Positions 53,644 through 63,939 of a stretch of DNA of 64,000 bases are shown one piece after another. This DNA comes from a virus (Duplodnaviria; Caudoviricetes), in IMG/VR virus record IMGVR_UViG_3300014039_000012, positions 64,001 to 128,000 of that record; one strand, given 5' to 3'. The notes below the pieces were generated by a model, which saw only the letters and a program-made list of their open reading frames with translations, did not search any database and was not told the origin of the DNA. Each line of letters starts with the position of its first letter. Position 1 is the first letter of the stretch. A program made the translations under genes and the position numbers.

Positions 53644-53982
53644 ATGGAAATGTGGATCGAAAATAAAGGAGCCTATTTGCGCACCCGTTTGTTTGGTCTG
53701 AATACGGATCCGAGAAAACCATTTAGATGTTATTGTCTCGGATGCGGAGACGAAATTAAATGGCGCGATAAAGATGCGATAACTCTTCCAGATACTAATG
53801 AAAATATCGATCAGAATCTATTATATCTTGGGAAAGAATATGTTCCGCTGAGAATCTATCAATCTGCACACAAAGGAAAAGACGGAAAATATCGAATCTG
53901 CTTATGTAAAAAGTGTCTAAAAACTTTTGGAGGATATGAAGAATGGATGAAAAATCTTATTTTGTCGACAATAGAGCGGTAG
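53644..53982 (+). CDS. hypothetical Zn-binding protein
   Basis: CLGC and CKKC; G10 tract at the RBS position. Confidence 0.5.
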   Translation: MEMWIENKGAYLRTRLFGLNTDPRKPFRCYCLGCGDEIKWRDKDAITLPDTNENIDQNLLYLGKEYVPLRIYQSAHKGKDGKYRICLCKKCLKTFGGYEEWMKNLILSTIER

Positions 53983-54392
53983 AAGGACAGAAATTCATCG
54001 CTCAAAAGGTCGTTGCTAAAATTACTTTTTGCGGCGTATTCGAGATGGAGGTTTATGATTATATGAACTGGAATCCTCCGACTTTTGAACAGATCAAAAA
54101 TCTGAAAGAAACTTTCAATATTGATGTGGAATTAATGGGTGACGTGGCAAAAGATAACAAAATGAAAACATATAAAATTTACGAAGAAGGATATCGTGCG
54201 ACAGGAGAGTCTGTTGGTGCTCATTATGTTGGCGAGGCCGAAGGTAAATCGTTTATCGATGCTTGTAAAAACTTTATTAAAAAGAATAATAAAGGAAAAA
54301 TCAAAATCGATTCATTTGGAAATGAATACGCAGCTGATTGGGGATGTCGCTGGTTTCCAACACTCGAAGAAGCGCAGAAGTCTTTTGGATGA
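53946..54392 (+). CDS. hypothetical protein
   Basis: GGAGG upstream; may be two fused small modules. Confidence 0.45.
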   Translation, partial: DEKSYFVDNRAVEGQKFIAQKVVAKITFCGVFEMEVYDYMNWNPPTFEQIKNLKETFNIDVELMGDVAKDNKMKTYKIYEEGYRATGESVGAHYVGEAEGKSFIDACKNFIKKNNKGKIKIDSFGNEYAADWGCRWFPTLEEAQKSFG

Positions 54393-54406
54393 GGGAAGGG
54401 ATAAAA

Positions 54407-54883
54407 ATGAATCGTGAAATATTATTTCGAGGAAAGAGCGTAGAAACAAATGAGTGGGTTTATGGAACATATCTTTTAGAAAAATATAGTAATACTCCAT
54501 ATATTTGTTATTTTGAATATGGTACATTTGTAAATATTAAACAGATTGAAGTTCATCCAGAAACCGTCGGTGAATTTACCGGAATGACAGACAAAAACGG
54601 AACAAAAATCTTCGAGGGAGATATTGTTAGAACACAACCATTCTATGATCGTCCATATTCCACAACGCGAAAAGAAAAACAGTTCTTGGGAGTTGTCGAA
54701 CATTATATCAAAACATTTCGAAATCCCGGCAGTCCAACAAATGGACAAAAATACGATTCGTCTTGGCGGGTAAACATTGTAGAAGATATAGTAGATTATG
54801 GCTGTTATAATTGGACTCGTTTTTGGAATTGTGAAGTTGTTGGGAATAAATTTGATAATCCAGAACTTTTGTCGAAAGAATAA
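54407..54883 (+). CDS. YopX family protein
   Basis: REILFRGK...GEFTGMTDKNGTKIFEGDIV...EVVGNKFDNPELL. Confidence 0.85.
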   Translation: MNREILFRGKSVETNEWVYGTYLLEKYSNTPYICYFEYGTFVNIKQIEVHPETVGEFTGMTDKNGTKIFEGDIVRTQPFYDRPYSTTRKEKQFLGVVEHYIKTFRNPGSPTNGQKYDSSWRVNIVEDIVDYGCYNWTRFWNCEVVGNKFDNPELLSKE

Positions 54884-54898
54884 AAGGAGAAATTTATT

Positions 54899-55213
54899 AT
54901 GAACAGAATGAAAGATTTTATTGATCCTCATTTGCCAATTCCGTTCTGTATTTCCGGTTGGGACAACGGCAACAAAATTTTATATCAGTGCCCGAAGTGT
55001 CGCGCATCTTTTCAGTTTTTCGGAGACTTGGAAAAATATTGCCATAACTGTGGAAGAAAGATTGAATGGAAATTTTCTCCAACATTTTTAGATGCTGACG
55101 AAAAAGTAGAATATAACCTCTGGCCGCAAGAAGAAGCTCTGGCGTTTCTGCGTATTTTGTATCAAAGGGCTAAAAAGAGAAAAGAAGAAGCAGAAATGGA
55201 GAAAATTAAATGA
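54899..55213 (+). CDS. small Zn-ribbon protein
   Basis: CPKC...YCHNCGRKIEW. Confidence 0.6.
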   Translation: MNRMKDFIDPHLPIPFCISGWDNGNKILYQCPKCRASFQFFGDLEKYCHNCGRKIEWKFSPTFLDADEKVEYNLWPQEEALAFLRILYQRAKKRKEEAEMEKIK

Positions 55214-55474
55214 TTTGGTCTGAAAAAAATATCTTTCGATGGATTTGACGAGAAAGTTTCAGAATGGTGTAAGGTGCATAATTTCCTTGGAGATCCTCCA
55301 ATCGACGCACAATTTGCTCTCGATCTAATTTTCAAAACATTAATCGATGACAAAGAACATCTCGATTATCTGACAACAATGCCCGGTTCTATTGAACAAT
55401 CTAACAGTTTAACGCTGGATATAATTTGTGGAAATATAGCCGTTCATATCGAAAGTGAAAAAAGAAGAAGCTAA
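55210..55474 (+). pseudogene. frameshifted small phage gene
   Basis: Removing one A from the A7 run at 55223-55229 joins ATG 55210 to the 55274 frame (MIWSEKISFDGFDEKVSEWCKVHNFLGDPP...). Confidence 0.5.
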
Positions 55475-55493
55475 AAGAATGTAGAAAGGAGAA

Positions 55494-55883
55494 GTGGTTA
55501 TGAGCAAGTGTGATTGTTATCGCGTAGAATCCGAAATCCATCGGTTTGCAGATGCGGACGGAGGATCTGTTTATGGAAATATCAATGTTCCTCGTTGCTG
55601 GGGGACAAAGGAAAAGGATGTCTGCGATTGTAGCGGAGATAAATCAAAGTGCAATTTTTACGAAAGAGTTCGCGCAGAGGCGGCAGAAGAGAAGAAAGTT
55701 TCCAAAAATAAAGACGTTTTCGAAGAAATTGAAGATCTGATTGGAGAATATTGGGGGACGGACCCGATTTATTATATTGGTTCAGAGGACGAACAGGAGA
55801 CAAGTGCGGCTAAATTGTGTTGTAAAATTTTGGAAGCAATTCGGATTGCGCAAGAAGGAGGAACCGATGAAAAAAATTCTTGA
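55494..55883 (+). CDS. hypothetical Cys-rich protein
   Basis: CDCY...CWGTKEKDVCDCSGDKSKCNFY. Confidence 0.55.
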   Translation: MVMSKCDCYRVESEIHRFADADGGSVYGNINVPRCWGTKEKDVCDCSGDKSKCNFYERVRAEAAEEKKVSKNKDVFEEIEDLIGEYWGTDPIYYIGSEDEQETSAAKLCCKILEAIRIAQEGGTDEKNS

Positions 55884-56178
55884 AAACACTGCTGAAACTC
55901 GCGAATATCTTAAATCTCTTCCGAAAATCTATATGATTGCGAAATGGGCTGGATATGGCGTTCGAGAATTTCCGTTCGCTGGGAAATATACGGAAAACGG
56001 CATTCCGCTTATTTTCGATTATGACGATCAAAACGGAACTTGTGACTGCTACTTTTTGCGCAAACTAACAGATACCACAACAGGCTGGATTTATGCGTGG
56101 ACAACAAGCAAGAGTCGCGCTGAAGAAATTGCGGTAGCGTTGAATGAAAAATTCGGAGAAAATTGGAGAAACCAATGA
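55867..56178 (+). CDS. hypothetical protein
   Basis: AGGAGG RBS. Confidence 0.55.
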   Translation: MKKILENTAETREYLKSLPKIYMIAKWAGYGVREFPFAGKYTENGIPLIFDYDDQNGTCDCYFLRKLTDTTTGWIYAWTTSKSRAEEIAVALNEKFGENWRNQ

Positions 56179-56274
56179 TGTCAATTATTCTGTCTTCAAT
56201 TGCTATTGTTTTATCTATTGCGTCGCTTTTGATTATGCTTTCAATAGATCACGATAACAATTAAATTATTTTTC

Positions 56275-56312
56275 AAAAAGCCCTTGACAAAAGGGCTTTT
56301 TTGTGTTATAAT
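56275..56312 (+). promoter_or_regulatory. fused terminator hairpin / sigmaA promoter
   Basis: AAAAAGCCCTT-gacaa-AAGGGCTTTTTT; TTGACA 56284, TATAAT 56307. Confidence 0.85.
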
Positions 56313-56345
56313 AATAGTAGGAATAAAGCAGGAGGAGAAATTATT

Positions 56346-56969
56346 ATGGATTCAACTTATTATGGCGAGGAAATGTTTTTCGATAATGGGAATATGGGAA
56401 GCGATAATGCCGACAAGAGATTTCTTGAATCTTTTGCCAAAACCGAAAGACTTCTCAAAAATCAGGAACAGATCATCGAAGACGCACAGGAACTCAGAAG
56501 GCTTCTTGTAATGAATCAAAGAACCAAAATTATCTCCTATAAAACAATCTACGATCTTTCCGGACCGATAATCAAAAAAGCACAGGAAGAACTCTCCGAA
56601 AAGGATGGTCGAAAAAAGAAAGACAATCTTCATTGGCTTGAAAAACAGATTCACGATGACTTCGTCCCGACTTGGAGCGGAATTAAAATTACCGAATTCG
56701 CGACCTACGGGGTTGGTGCGGTTTCAAATATTGTTTATTTTACCAATCTCGACAACGGCGGAGAATACTTTCTCTATATTCCAAATAAAGCAAATATGAG
56801 TGTTAGCGATAGATACTGGGATGATTATTACGGTCGGTTTTGTTCTGGAAGGAAAAACGGAGTCCATATGAATCTATTCACGTGGGCATATACGATTAAC
56901 GAAGTTAAAGTCGGGGTTTTCAATTATCAGCAGGAGCATAAATTGGAAGAGTATGGCAGCAACAAGTAA
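56346..56969 (+). CDS. hypothetical protein
   Basis: AGGAGG RBS downstream of the promoter. Confidence 0.6.
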   Translation: MDSTYYGEEMFFDNGNMGSDNADKRFLESFAKTERLLKNQEQIIEDAQELRRLLVMNQRTKIISYKTIYDLSGPIIKKAQEELSEKDGRKKKDNLHWLEKQIHDDFVPTWSGIKITEFATYGVGAVSNIVYFTNLDNGGEYFLYIPNKANMSVSDRYWDDYYGRFCSGRKNGVHMNLFTWAYTINEVKVGVFNYQQEHKLEEYGSNK

Positions 56970-59319
56970 AATTCTTGTCGAGGGGTTTGTTAATAAACAA
57001 ATCTTTCCACGAACAAAAGTAAAAAGCGGAGATTTTGCGATATTTACCTTTTCTCCCGATAACATAAAGGGGGAAATTGATCCTCGAACAAAAGAAAATA
57101 AAGGCGGATATAAAAGTAACGATATCGTTTTTAAAGGGCGCGTTCCAGAACTTGATGGTGGAACAAAATATAAAATCTTGGCAGAATTAAAGCAAGATCC
57201 AAAATATGGATGGCAGTATAATATTTTAAACATCAATTCTGTTGTCAAGCTTGACACAGAAAAAGATATTCGCACTTTTCTCGGGTATGTTTTCACAGAA
57301 TCGCAAATCGATGCCTTGTATTCAAAATTTCCAAATCCCATTGAAGTTCTCGAAGAAAACGATGTTGAAAAATTGTGTGAAGTAAAAGGAATCAGAGAAT
57401 CGAAGGCTAAAAAAATTCTTGAAAAATATCACGCTTCGAAAGATAATAGCAATGCATATACGGCGCTTGCAGAATTCGGTCTTTCAAAAGTAACAATCGA
57501 CAGACTTGTGAAACATTATGGTTCTGCCGATATTCTTGTTGAAAAAATCCAAAAAAATCCATACTCTTTAATTGGTGAAGGCGCTCGAATCGGTTGGCAA
57601 AAAGCAGATAGTATGGCCCTTCGTAAAGGTATTCCAACAAATTCACAGTTTAGAATTCGAGCCTTTGCACTGTATTATCTTCGTAATCTTGCGGAAGTCG
57701 ACGGACATACTTGGGTCGCGCTTGAAGCACTCGGTTCAAATATCAAGGGGCTTTCTCCTAGCGATATTTCGGTAGAGATGGTAAAAAACGAGCTTCGTAA
57801 AATGGTTGTTGAGGGGATTTTGTATTACGAGCCAGAAACGAAGCGAGTTGGGTTGATGAAATATCGAAAACTCGAAGAGATGATTTGTCGTGAGCTAATT
57901 CGGCTTCGAGACGTAGAACCTAAAAAAATGGACTTCGTTGAAGAGACAATCGCGGAATGCGAAGAGGCTGTTGGGTTTAAATATACCGACGAACAGAAGA
58001 GCGCAATTGAAAAAATTGTAAATGAAAATGTTATTTTATTGACCGGCCTGGGAGGAAGCGGGAAATCTTCGTTAATGTACCCCGTGTCTCGCATTTTTCG
58101 ACGCAACGGATTGAGATTCGATATTTGCGCACTTTCTGGGAAAGCATCTCTAAATCTTCGTCATATAACGCACGAGAACGGAATGACAATTCATAAACTC
58201 CTTGGATGGCGTCCTGGAATGAAAAGTTTTATTCATCATCGCGAAAATCCGCTAATTTCTGACGCGATTATTTTGGATGAAGTTTCGATGGTTGGAGGAG
58301 AACTTTTTTATCGCCTTCTTGAGGCAATTCGAGATGGATCAAAATTAATTATGATCGGCGACCCTGGACAGCTGGAATCAATTGGTTTATGTAATCTAAT
58401 TTCAGATATTCGAAATTCTGGAAAAATTTCGTCCGTTCATCTTTCCGAAATATTCCGACAGGCGCAAATGTCTGGAATCATCACCGATTCTCACAAAGTA
58501 TATAATCAGCAACCGATTATCGATCCAAAATTTATTGGAGAAGAAATTCACGGAGAATTGAAAGATCTATATATCGGGAGCTATCTTTCTGGCGGAACTT
58601 GTTATCAAAAAGTCGTAGACAATTTTAATAAATTATATTTTGATGAAAATCATCCACTCGAAGATATTGTTATTGTAACGGCAAAAAGAACTATTGGAGA
58701 ATTGTCTTCTCGCGCATTAAATGAAAAGATTCAAGAAACACTCGGATTCGAAGGAGACGGTTTGAGAGTATACTATAAAGACGGTGTTGAATATGAGATA
58801 AATTATCACGTTGGAGATAGAGTTCTTGTTACTAAAAATAAATATGATGCGGCGCTGATGTCGGATGATTTAGAAGAAGAAAAAGGAGAAATAGAAATCT
58901 TTAATGGAAACATCGGAACAGTCCGAAAAGTTTCTGTTCGAGATCGATATTTAATTGCCGAATTTCCGCAAGGAAATGTTATGATAAATGGTGATATGCT
59001 TTTAAATCTTCAACTCGGATATGCTATCACATGCCACAAATTGCAAGGATCGGGAGTTCAATATGTAATCGTAGCGTGCGACCCCGCCGCCTATATGATG
59101 CTTACGAAAGAGTGGTTGTATACCGCGTTATCGCGTGCTAAAAAATATTGTGTATTAATTGGAACGAATAAATCAATTACTCAATGCGTGAAAACGACGA
59201 GAGTTACTAAAAAATCGACGTGGTTGGCGGAACTGCTAATGTTCCCTGAAAGAATTAGTTGTATTCGAATGACGGATACGTCGCAAGATGAAACGAATTT
59301 TGACGAGGAGGATGATTAA
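56953..59319 (+). CDS. recD2: RecD2-like SF1B helicase
   Basis: KYGWQY, HhH VKGI, GLGGSGKS, TIHKLL, ILDEVSM, IGDPGQL, IFRQ, FNGNIG, YAITCHKLQGS and LYTALSRAK motifs. Confidence 0.9.
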   Translation: MAATSKILVEGFVNKQIFPRTKVKSGDFAIFTFSPDNIKGEIDPRTKENKGGYKSNDIVFKGRVPELDGGTKYKILAELKQDPKYGWQYNILNINSVVKLDTEKDIRTFLGYVFTESQIDALYSKFPNPIEVLEENDVEKLCEVKGIRESKAKKILEKYHASKDNSNAYTALAEFGLSKVTIDRLVKHYGSADILVEKIQKNPYSLIGEGARIGWQKADSMALRKGIPTNSQFRIRAFALYYLRNLAEVDGHTWVALEALGSNIKGLSPSDISVEMVKNELRKMVVEGILYYEPETKRVGLMKYRKLEEMICRELIRLRDVEPKKMDFVEETIAECEEAVGFKYTDEQKSAIEKIVNENVILLTGLGGSGKSSLMYPVSRIFRRNGLRFDICALSGKASLNLRHITHENGMTIHKLLGWRPGMKSFIHHRENPLISDAIILDEVSMVGGELFYRLLEAIRDGSKLIMIGDPGQLESIGLCNLISDIRNSGKISSVHLSEIFRQAQMSGIITDSHKVYNQQPIIDPKFIGEEIHGELKDLYIGSYLSGGTCYQKVVDNFNKLYFDENHPLEDIVIVTAKRTIGELSSRALNEKIQETLGFEGDGLRVYYKDGVEYEINYHVGDRVLVTKNKYDAALMSDDLEEEKGEIEIFNGNIGTVRKVSVRDRYLIAEFPQGNVMINGDMLLNLQLGYAITCHKLQGSGVQYVIVACDPAAYMMLTKEWLYTALSRAKKYCVLIGTNKSITQCVKTTRVTKKSTWLAELLMFPERISCIRMTDTSQDETNFDEEDD

Positions 59320-59668
59320 CAAAATGTTCACGATTTTTCAAATTCATGAAATTTCCGGAGAATACGAAGACTATCGAGACGTAATTGTCGGTTCTTATCT
59401 TCACAAAGAACGAGCAGAAGAGGTTTTAAAAAATCTTCGAGACGAAGAAGATAAAAGGCGAGCTCGAGCTCAAAAATGTCGAGAATGCCCTGTTCGAGAG
59501 CACGACCGAGAACTTTACTCAGCAATTAGCGAATATTGCGAAGATTTCGACGAGGAATATGAATTGGATGATGGAGAAGAGCAACTGTTTTGCGGGAACG
59601 AATATTATTCATATTCAGCATACGACGATCTTTATTACGAAATGAAAGAAGTGGAGGTAGAAGAATGA
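59312..59668 (+). CDS. hypothetical acidic protein
   Basis: ORF in operon; start uncertain. Confidence 0.5.
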   Translation: MINKMFTIFQIHEISGEYEDYRDVIVGSYLHKERAEEVLKNLRDEEDKRRARAQKCRECPVREHDRELYSAISEYCEDFDEEYELDDGEEQLFCGNEYYSYSAYDDLYYEMKEVEVEE

Positions 59669-59922
59669 TATCACAAGAACATATCCCCGGGAAACCGATG
59701 TATTCTATCGGTGACCACGTTTCGTTTCAAATGACCATTGACCAAAACGTCGAAACCTTCGACGGAACCATCGAGATCGTCGACAAATACGGTGCGTGGG
59801 AAATTGATAATCCACGCGAACCATCATATGATATTATGGTTGAGGACTGGCGGGGGAGCGGAGAGCCGATGTTTGTCAAACACGTTAGAGAATCAAATAT
59901 CGTAAAAATTACGAAAGGATAA
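59665..59922 (+). CDS. small SH3-like hypothetical protein
   Basis: YSIGDHVSF...GTIEIVD.YG...PSYDIMV...KHVRES. Confidence 0.55.
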   Translation: MISQEHIPGKPMYSIGDHVSFQMTIDQNVETFDGTIEIVDKYGAWEIDNPREPSYDIMVEDWRGSGEPMFVKHVRESNIVKITKG

Positions 59923-59927
59923 TAATT

Positions 59928-61595
59928 ATGTTATCAGATATCGAAATTGCACAGAAAACAAAACCGAAGCACATTAAAGATGTTGCTAAAACTGCTGGAG
60001 TTCCTGAAAAATATATTGAGCAGTATGGCAATTATAAGGCAAAAATCGACTTAAAATTCCTTGAAAAATCAAAAAAGAAAAATGGAAAACTAATCCTTGT
60101 GACCGCAATGACGCCAACTCCTGCCGGCGAGGGCAAGACAACTACGACAGTTGGGCTTGCCGACGGGTTGCGCAAGATTGGTAAAAAATCTATCGTCGCC
60201 CTGCGCGAGCCGTCTCTTGGTCCGGTATTTGGAGTAAAAGGTGGGGCTTGTGGCGGCGGCTACGCGCAGGTCATCCCGATGGAGGACATCAATCTGCACT
60301 TCACCGGAGATTTCCACGCTATCGGTGCGGCAAACAACCTGCTTGCGGCAATGTTGGATAATCATATAAAGCAGGGAAACGAACTTGGAATCGATCCGCA
60401 AAAAATTACTTGGAAACGGTGCGTCGATATGAATGATCGACAATTGCGTAATATTGTCGATGGGCTTGGCGGAAACACGAATGGCGTAACGAGAGAAGAT
60501 GGATTCGATATCACGGTAGCCTCGGAAATTATGGCGGTATTTTGTCTTGCAAATTCGCTCGAAGATTTGAAGAACCGGCTTGGGAAAATCATCGTCGGAT
60601 ATACTTATAACGACGAACCTATAACCGCGAACGATCTTCGAGCAACAGGAGCGATGACGGCGTTGTTGAAAGACGCCATTAAGCCAAATCTCGTTCAAAC
60701 GCTCGAAGGAACTCCGGCGCTCGTTCACGGCGGACCATTCGCGAATATTGCCCACGGTTGTAATTCAATTCTTGCGACAAAAATGGCATTAAAACTCGGA
60801 GATTATGTTGTAACAGAAGCAGGATTCGGTGCTGATTTAGGGGCTGAAAAGTTCATCGATATTAAATGCCGAACTGCTGGATTTCATCCAAACGCAATTG
60901 TTATTGTAGTAACAATTCGCGCACTTAAAATGCACGGAGGAGTTGCAAAAGCTGATTTGGACAAGGAAAACCTCGAAGCTATAGAAATAGGCATCGAAAA
61001 TTTGATTCAGCACGTTAGCAATATTCACAGAACTTATGTTCCATATGTTGTGGCAATCAACAGATTTGCAACAGACACAAACGAAGAAGTCGAATTTTTG
61101 AAGAAATTGTGTAGCGATCGAGATATTAATGTTGTCGTTTGTGATTCTTGGGCAAAAGGCGGAAAAGGAGCAGAAGATCTCGCAAAGGAAGTCGTTCGGT
61201 TGTGCGAAGAAGATTCGTCCGATTTTACGTATTTGTATCACACAGAAGATTCAATCGAAAAAAAGATTAAAACCGTGGTGGAAGATGTTTATTGTGGTTC
61301 CGATATCAATATTCTTCCTTCGGCAAAAAGACAAATTGAAAAACTTGAGAGATTCGGATTTGGAAATCTCCCAATTTGTATCGCAAAGACACAATATAGT
61401 TTTTCCGATAATCCAACGCTTCTTAATGCTCCAATTGGATTTACGGTAACAATCAAAAATCTTAAAGTTTGCGCAGGGGCTGGATTCATTGTGGTACTGA
61501 CAGGAGATATTATGACGATGCCCGGGCTTCCAAAGCATCCTGCGGCTGAAAATATCGACGTTGACGAAGATGGTAAAATTATTGGATTATTCTAA
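59928..61595 (+). CDS. fhs: formate--tetrahydrofolate ligase
   Basis: Full-length 555 aa with [53 protein letters not shown] and MPGLP motifs. Confidence 0.95.
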   Translation: MLSDIEIAQKTKPKHIKDVAKTAGVPEKYIEQYGNYKAKIDLKFLEKSKKKNGKLILVTAMTPTPAGEGKTTTTVGLADGLRKIGKKSIVALREPSLGPVFGVKGGACGGGYAQVIPMEDINLHFTGDFHAIGAANNLLAAMLDNHIKQGNELGIDPQKITWKRCVDMNDRQLRNIVDGLGGNTNGVTREDGFDITVASEIMAVFCLANSLEDLKNRLGKIIVGYTYNDEPITANDLRATGAMTALLKDAIKPNLVQTLEGTPALVHGGPFANIAHGCNSILATKMALKLGDYVVTEAGFGADLGAEKFIDIKCRTAGFHPNAIVIVVTIRALKMHGGVAKADLDKENLEAIEIGIENLIQHVSNIHRTYVPYVVAINRFATDTNEEVEFLKKLCSDRDINVVVCDSWAKGGKGAEDLAKEVVRLCEEDSSDFTYLYHTEDSIEKKIKTVVEDVYCGSDINILPSAKRQIEKLERFGFGNLPICIAKTQYSFSDNPTLLNAPIGFTVTIKNLKVCAGAGFIVVLTGDIMTMPGLPKHPAAENIDVDEDGKIIGLF

Positions 61596-61606
61596 ATTAT
61601 TTTTTC

Positions 61607-61643
61607 AAAAGCCCTTGACAAAGGGCTTTTTTTATGGTATAAT
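61607..61643 (+). promoter_or_regulatory. fused terminator hairpin / sigmaA promoter
   Basis: AAAAGCCCTT-gaca-AAGGGCTTTTTTT; TTGACA 61615, TATAAT 61638. Confidence 0.85.
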
Positions 61644-61668
61644 ATTAGTAGAAACGAGGTGAGTATTT

Positions 61669-62784
61669 ATGGTGACCAATTATTTATTAGAATTCATTCA
61701 AAACCACCCTAATGATTGGGAAGAAAAATTGTCATCCAACCCCTACAACCTGAAGATTTCTAGAGACGGTCCGTATGTGATGTTCAAGTATAATCAACTT
61801 TCTTCGGACTTCTCCGATCCAATCGTCCGCGAGGCACGTGGAATCATCTTCCGAGGAGACAATTGGAAGTGCGTTAGACGGGCTTTCGATAAGTTTTTCA
61901 ATTACGGAGAACCGAACGCGGTGGAGATCGATTGGAATACGGCGAGGGTTCAGACCAAAGTAGATGGAAGTTTGATTAGCGGGTGGTTTGATGATGGTAA
62001 GTGGCATTATTCAACCAATGGAACTATCGATGCCTATAAAGCTCCGACTGGAGACATCAAGCTTCCAACTTTCGGAGATGTTCTAGAAGAAGCTTTTCGT
62101 AACAATGATATTACGAAAGAGAAGTTCGAACAGACGGCTTCCAGACTCGTTTGCTATACTTTCGAACTCGTCTCCCCACAAACTCGCGTCGTAATTCCAT
62201 ATGAGAAGCCGGATTTGTATTTCATTGGACACCGAGTGATGCCAACTGAACGTGAAATGAGTCCTGAAGAGTCTATTATTTCCGAGTTTTTCAAGACTCC
62301 GAAGGAATACGACTTTCATTCTGCGCAAGACGTTATCAATGCGGCGAAAGAACTTCCGTGGGACGAAGAGGGTTACGTCGTTGTTGATGACAATTTCAAT
62401 CGCGTTAAAATCAAATCTCCTGCGTGGCTGGTTGCGCACTACGCAAGATCAAATAATTCGATTTCCAAAGAGTCTTTAATTCAGGTGGTTCTCGACGGAG
62501 AACAGGAAGAGTTTCTCGTTTATGCCGATGATTATCGCGAAGAACTCGAATCGGTCGAACAAGAAATGAATGGTTTTATCGAAGAGCTGAGCAAGGCCGC
62601 AAGAGAAATGAAGAAAAAATACGCGGCAGAAGTTCTAAAGTATCCGAAATCACTTCAACCGTATCTATTTTCAAAGATAACTAATCAAGATGCGGGTGAT
62701 TGGGTAAAAGAAAATATGACGTCTTTCAAATGGGTGAAATACCTGGAAGCAAGAAAGGAGCAAAACAATGGCGAGAAAGAATAA
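61669..62784 (+). CDS. T4 Rnl1-type RNA ligase
   Basis: EARGIIF, FDKFFN, KVDGS, TFELVSP, EGYVV and RVKIKS motifs. Confidence 0.88.
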   Translation: MVTNYLLEFIQNHPNDWEEKLSSNPYNLKISRDGPYVMFKYNQLSSDFSDPIVREARGIIFRGDNWKCVRRAFDKFFNYGEPNAVEIDWNTARVQTKVDGSLISGWFDDGKWHYSTNGTIDAYKAPTGDIKLPTFGDVLEEAFRNNDITKEKFEQTASRLVCYTFELVSPQTRVVIPYEKPDLYFIGHRVMPTEREMSPEESIISEFFKTPKEYDFHSAQDVINAAKELPWDEEGYVVVDDNFNRVKIKSPAWLVAHYARSNNSISKESLIQVVLDGEQEEFLVYADDYREELESVEQEMNGFIEELSKAAREMKKKYAAEVLKYPKSLQPYLFSKITNQDAGDWVKENMTSFKWVKYLEARKEQNNGEKE

Positions 62785-63037
62785 GCTGGAACGATTGGAA
62801 ACAATCAATCACGAAGGACATCGATATTCCGAGTTCGCGTTGTTCGTTGTAAAGAATCGCGTCGGTTTCGGAGATGGAACACAAGAAGATATTTCTATTC
62901 AGGTCGTAGCAGAATCCGACGCCGATGCGAAAAGAGTTGCGCGAGACATTTTATATAATGAAGATGGTTTTCGTGTGAGCGATGTTTTCGAGCAAGAAAC
63001 GGCGGAGGCTGAAAGTTTCTGGATGGAGGAGTTTTAA
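62768..63037 (+). CDS. hypothetical protein between the RNA ligase and the kinase
   Basis: AAGGAG RBS. Confidence 0.55.
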   Translation: MARKNKLERLETINHEGHRYSEFALFVVKNRVGFGDGTQEDISIQVVAESDADAKRVARDILYNEDGFRVSDVFEQETAEAESFWMEEF

Positions 63038-63039
63038 AA

Positions 63040-63939
63040 ATGACGAGCGGAATTCCAAAATTGGAAGTTTTGATTGGTCTTCCCGGAAGCGGAAAATCAA
63101 CTTATGCAAAAGAAGAGCACGAATTAAACAGTAACTCTATTTATCTCTCTTCCGACAAAATTCGAGAAGAATTGTACGGAGATGAATCGATTCAGGGAAA
63201 TCCTGCAGAAGTATTTACCTTAATGCAGAGTCGTGCGATTGAAGCACTAAAAGAGGGGAAAGATGTCTTTTATGATGCGACCAATTTAACTCGAAAAGAT
63301 CGCGCTGGAATTCTTGCAACAACTCCAAGATATGTCTATAAACAGGCGACCGTGGTTTTTGCTCCGTATGAAATGTGTATTGAAAGAGACGCAGCTCGCG
63401 AACGGTCCGTTGGGAAAGAAGTAATCGATAGGATGATTCGAAGATTTCAACCTCCATTTAATGACGAGGGATTCGATTTCATTGATGTATATCAGAGTTA
63501 TTCTGACGAAGAATATGAACAATTTGTGAAGAAATATGGAAGCCTTTTGGAACGTATGATGATTCTTCACGACAACCCCCATCATTCATTGCCTGTTTGG
63601 AAACACTGCCAAGAGGCAGAACAATACGCGAAAGAGCATTTTGCCGACGATCGTTTGTATGACGAACTCGTATCTGCGGCTCGCCTTCACGATTGCGGGA
63701 AATATATCGTAAAAGATTATCACGATTCGAAAGGAAATCCAAGCGCGTGCGCTCATTATTATCAACATCAGTGTACTTCTGCGTGGCAATGTATGGAAGA
63801 AACGTTCAACGGATTTGTAATTTGGCTCATTGGTGCTCATATGGATCCATTTTTGGACACAAAATACTATCGCAACCTTGATTCGTGGATGAAAAGCGCA
63901 ATCGATAAACTTCACGAAGCAGATGTTGTAGCACATTAA
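63040..63939 (+). CDS. polynucleotide kinase (P-loop) fused to an HD phosphoesterase
   Basis: GLPGSGKST, SSDKIR, DATN, RERSV; NPHH...H...LHDCGK...H...HM...AD. Confidence 0.85.
   Translation: MTSGIPKLEVLIGLPGSGKSTYAKEEHELNSNSIYLSSDKIREELYGDESIQGNPAEVFTLMQSRAIEALKEGKDVFYDATNLTRKDRAGILATTPRYVYKQATVVFAPYEMCIERDAARERSVGKEVIDRMIRRFQPPFNDEGFDFIDVYQSYSDEEYEQFVKKYGSLLERMMILHDNPHHSLPVWKHCQEAEQYAKEHFADDRLYDELVSAARLHDCGKYIVKDYHDSKGNPSACAHYYQHQCTSAWQCMEETFNGFVIWLIGAHMDPFLDTKYYRNLDSWMKSAIDKLHEADVVAH

Noticed and set aside
59928-61595. fhs as evidence that the window runs into host chromosome
   Set aside because: It is flanked on both sides by phage-type genes and followed by the same terminator-promoter element found elsewhere in the window
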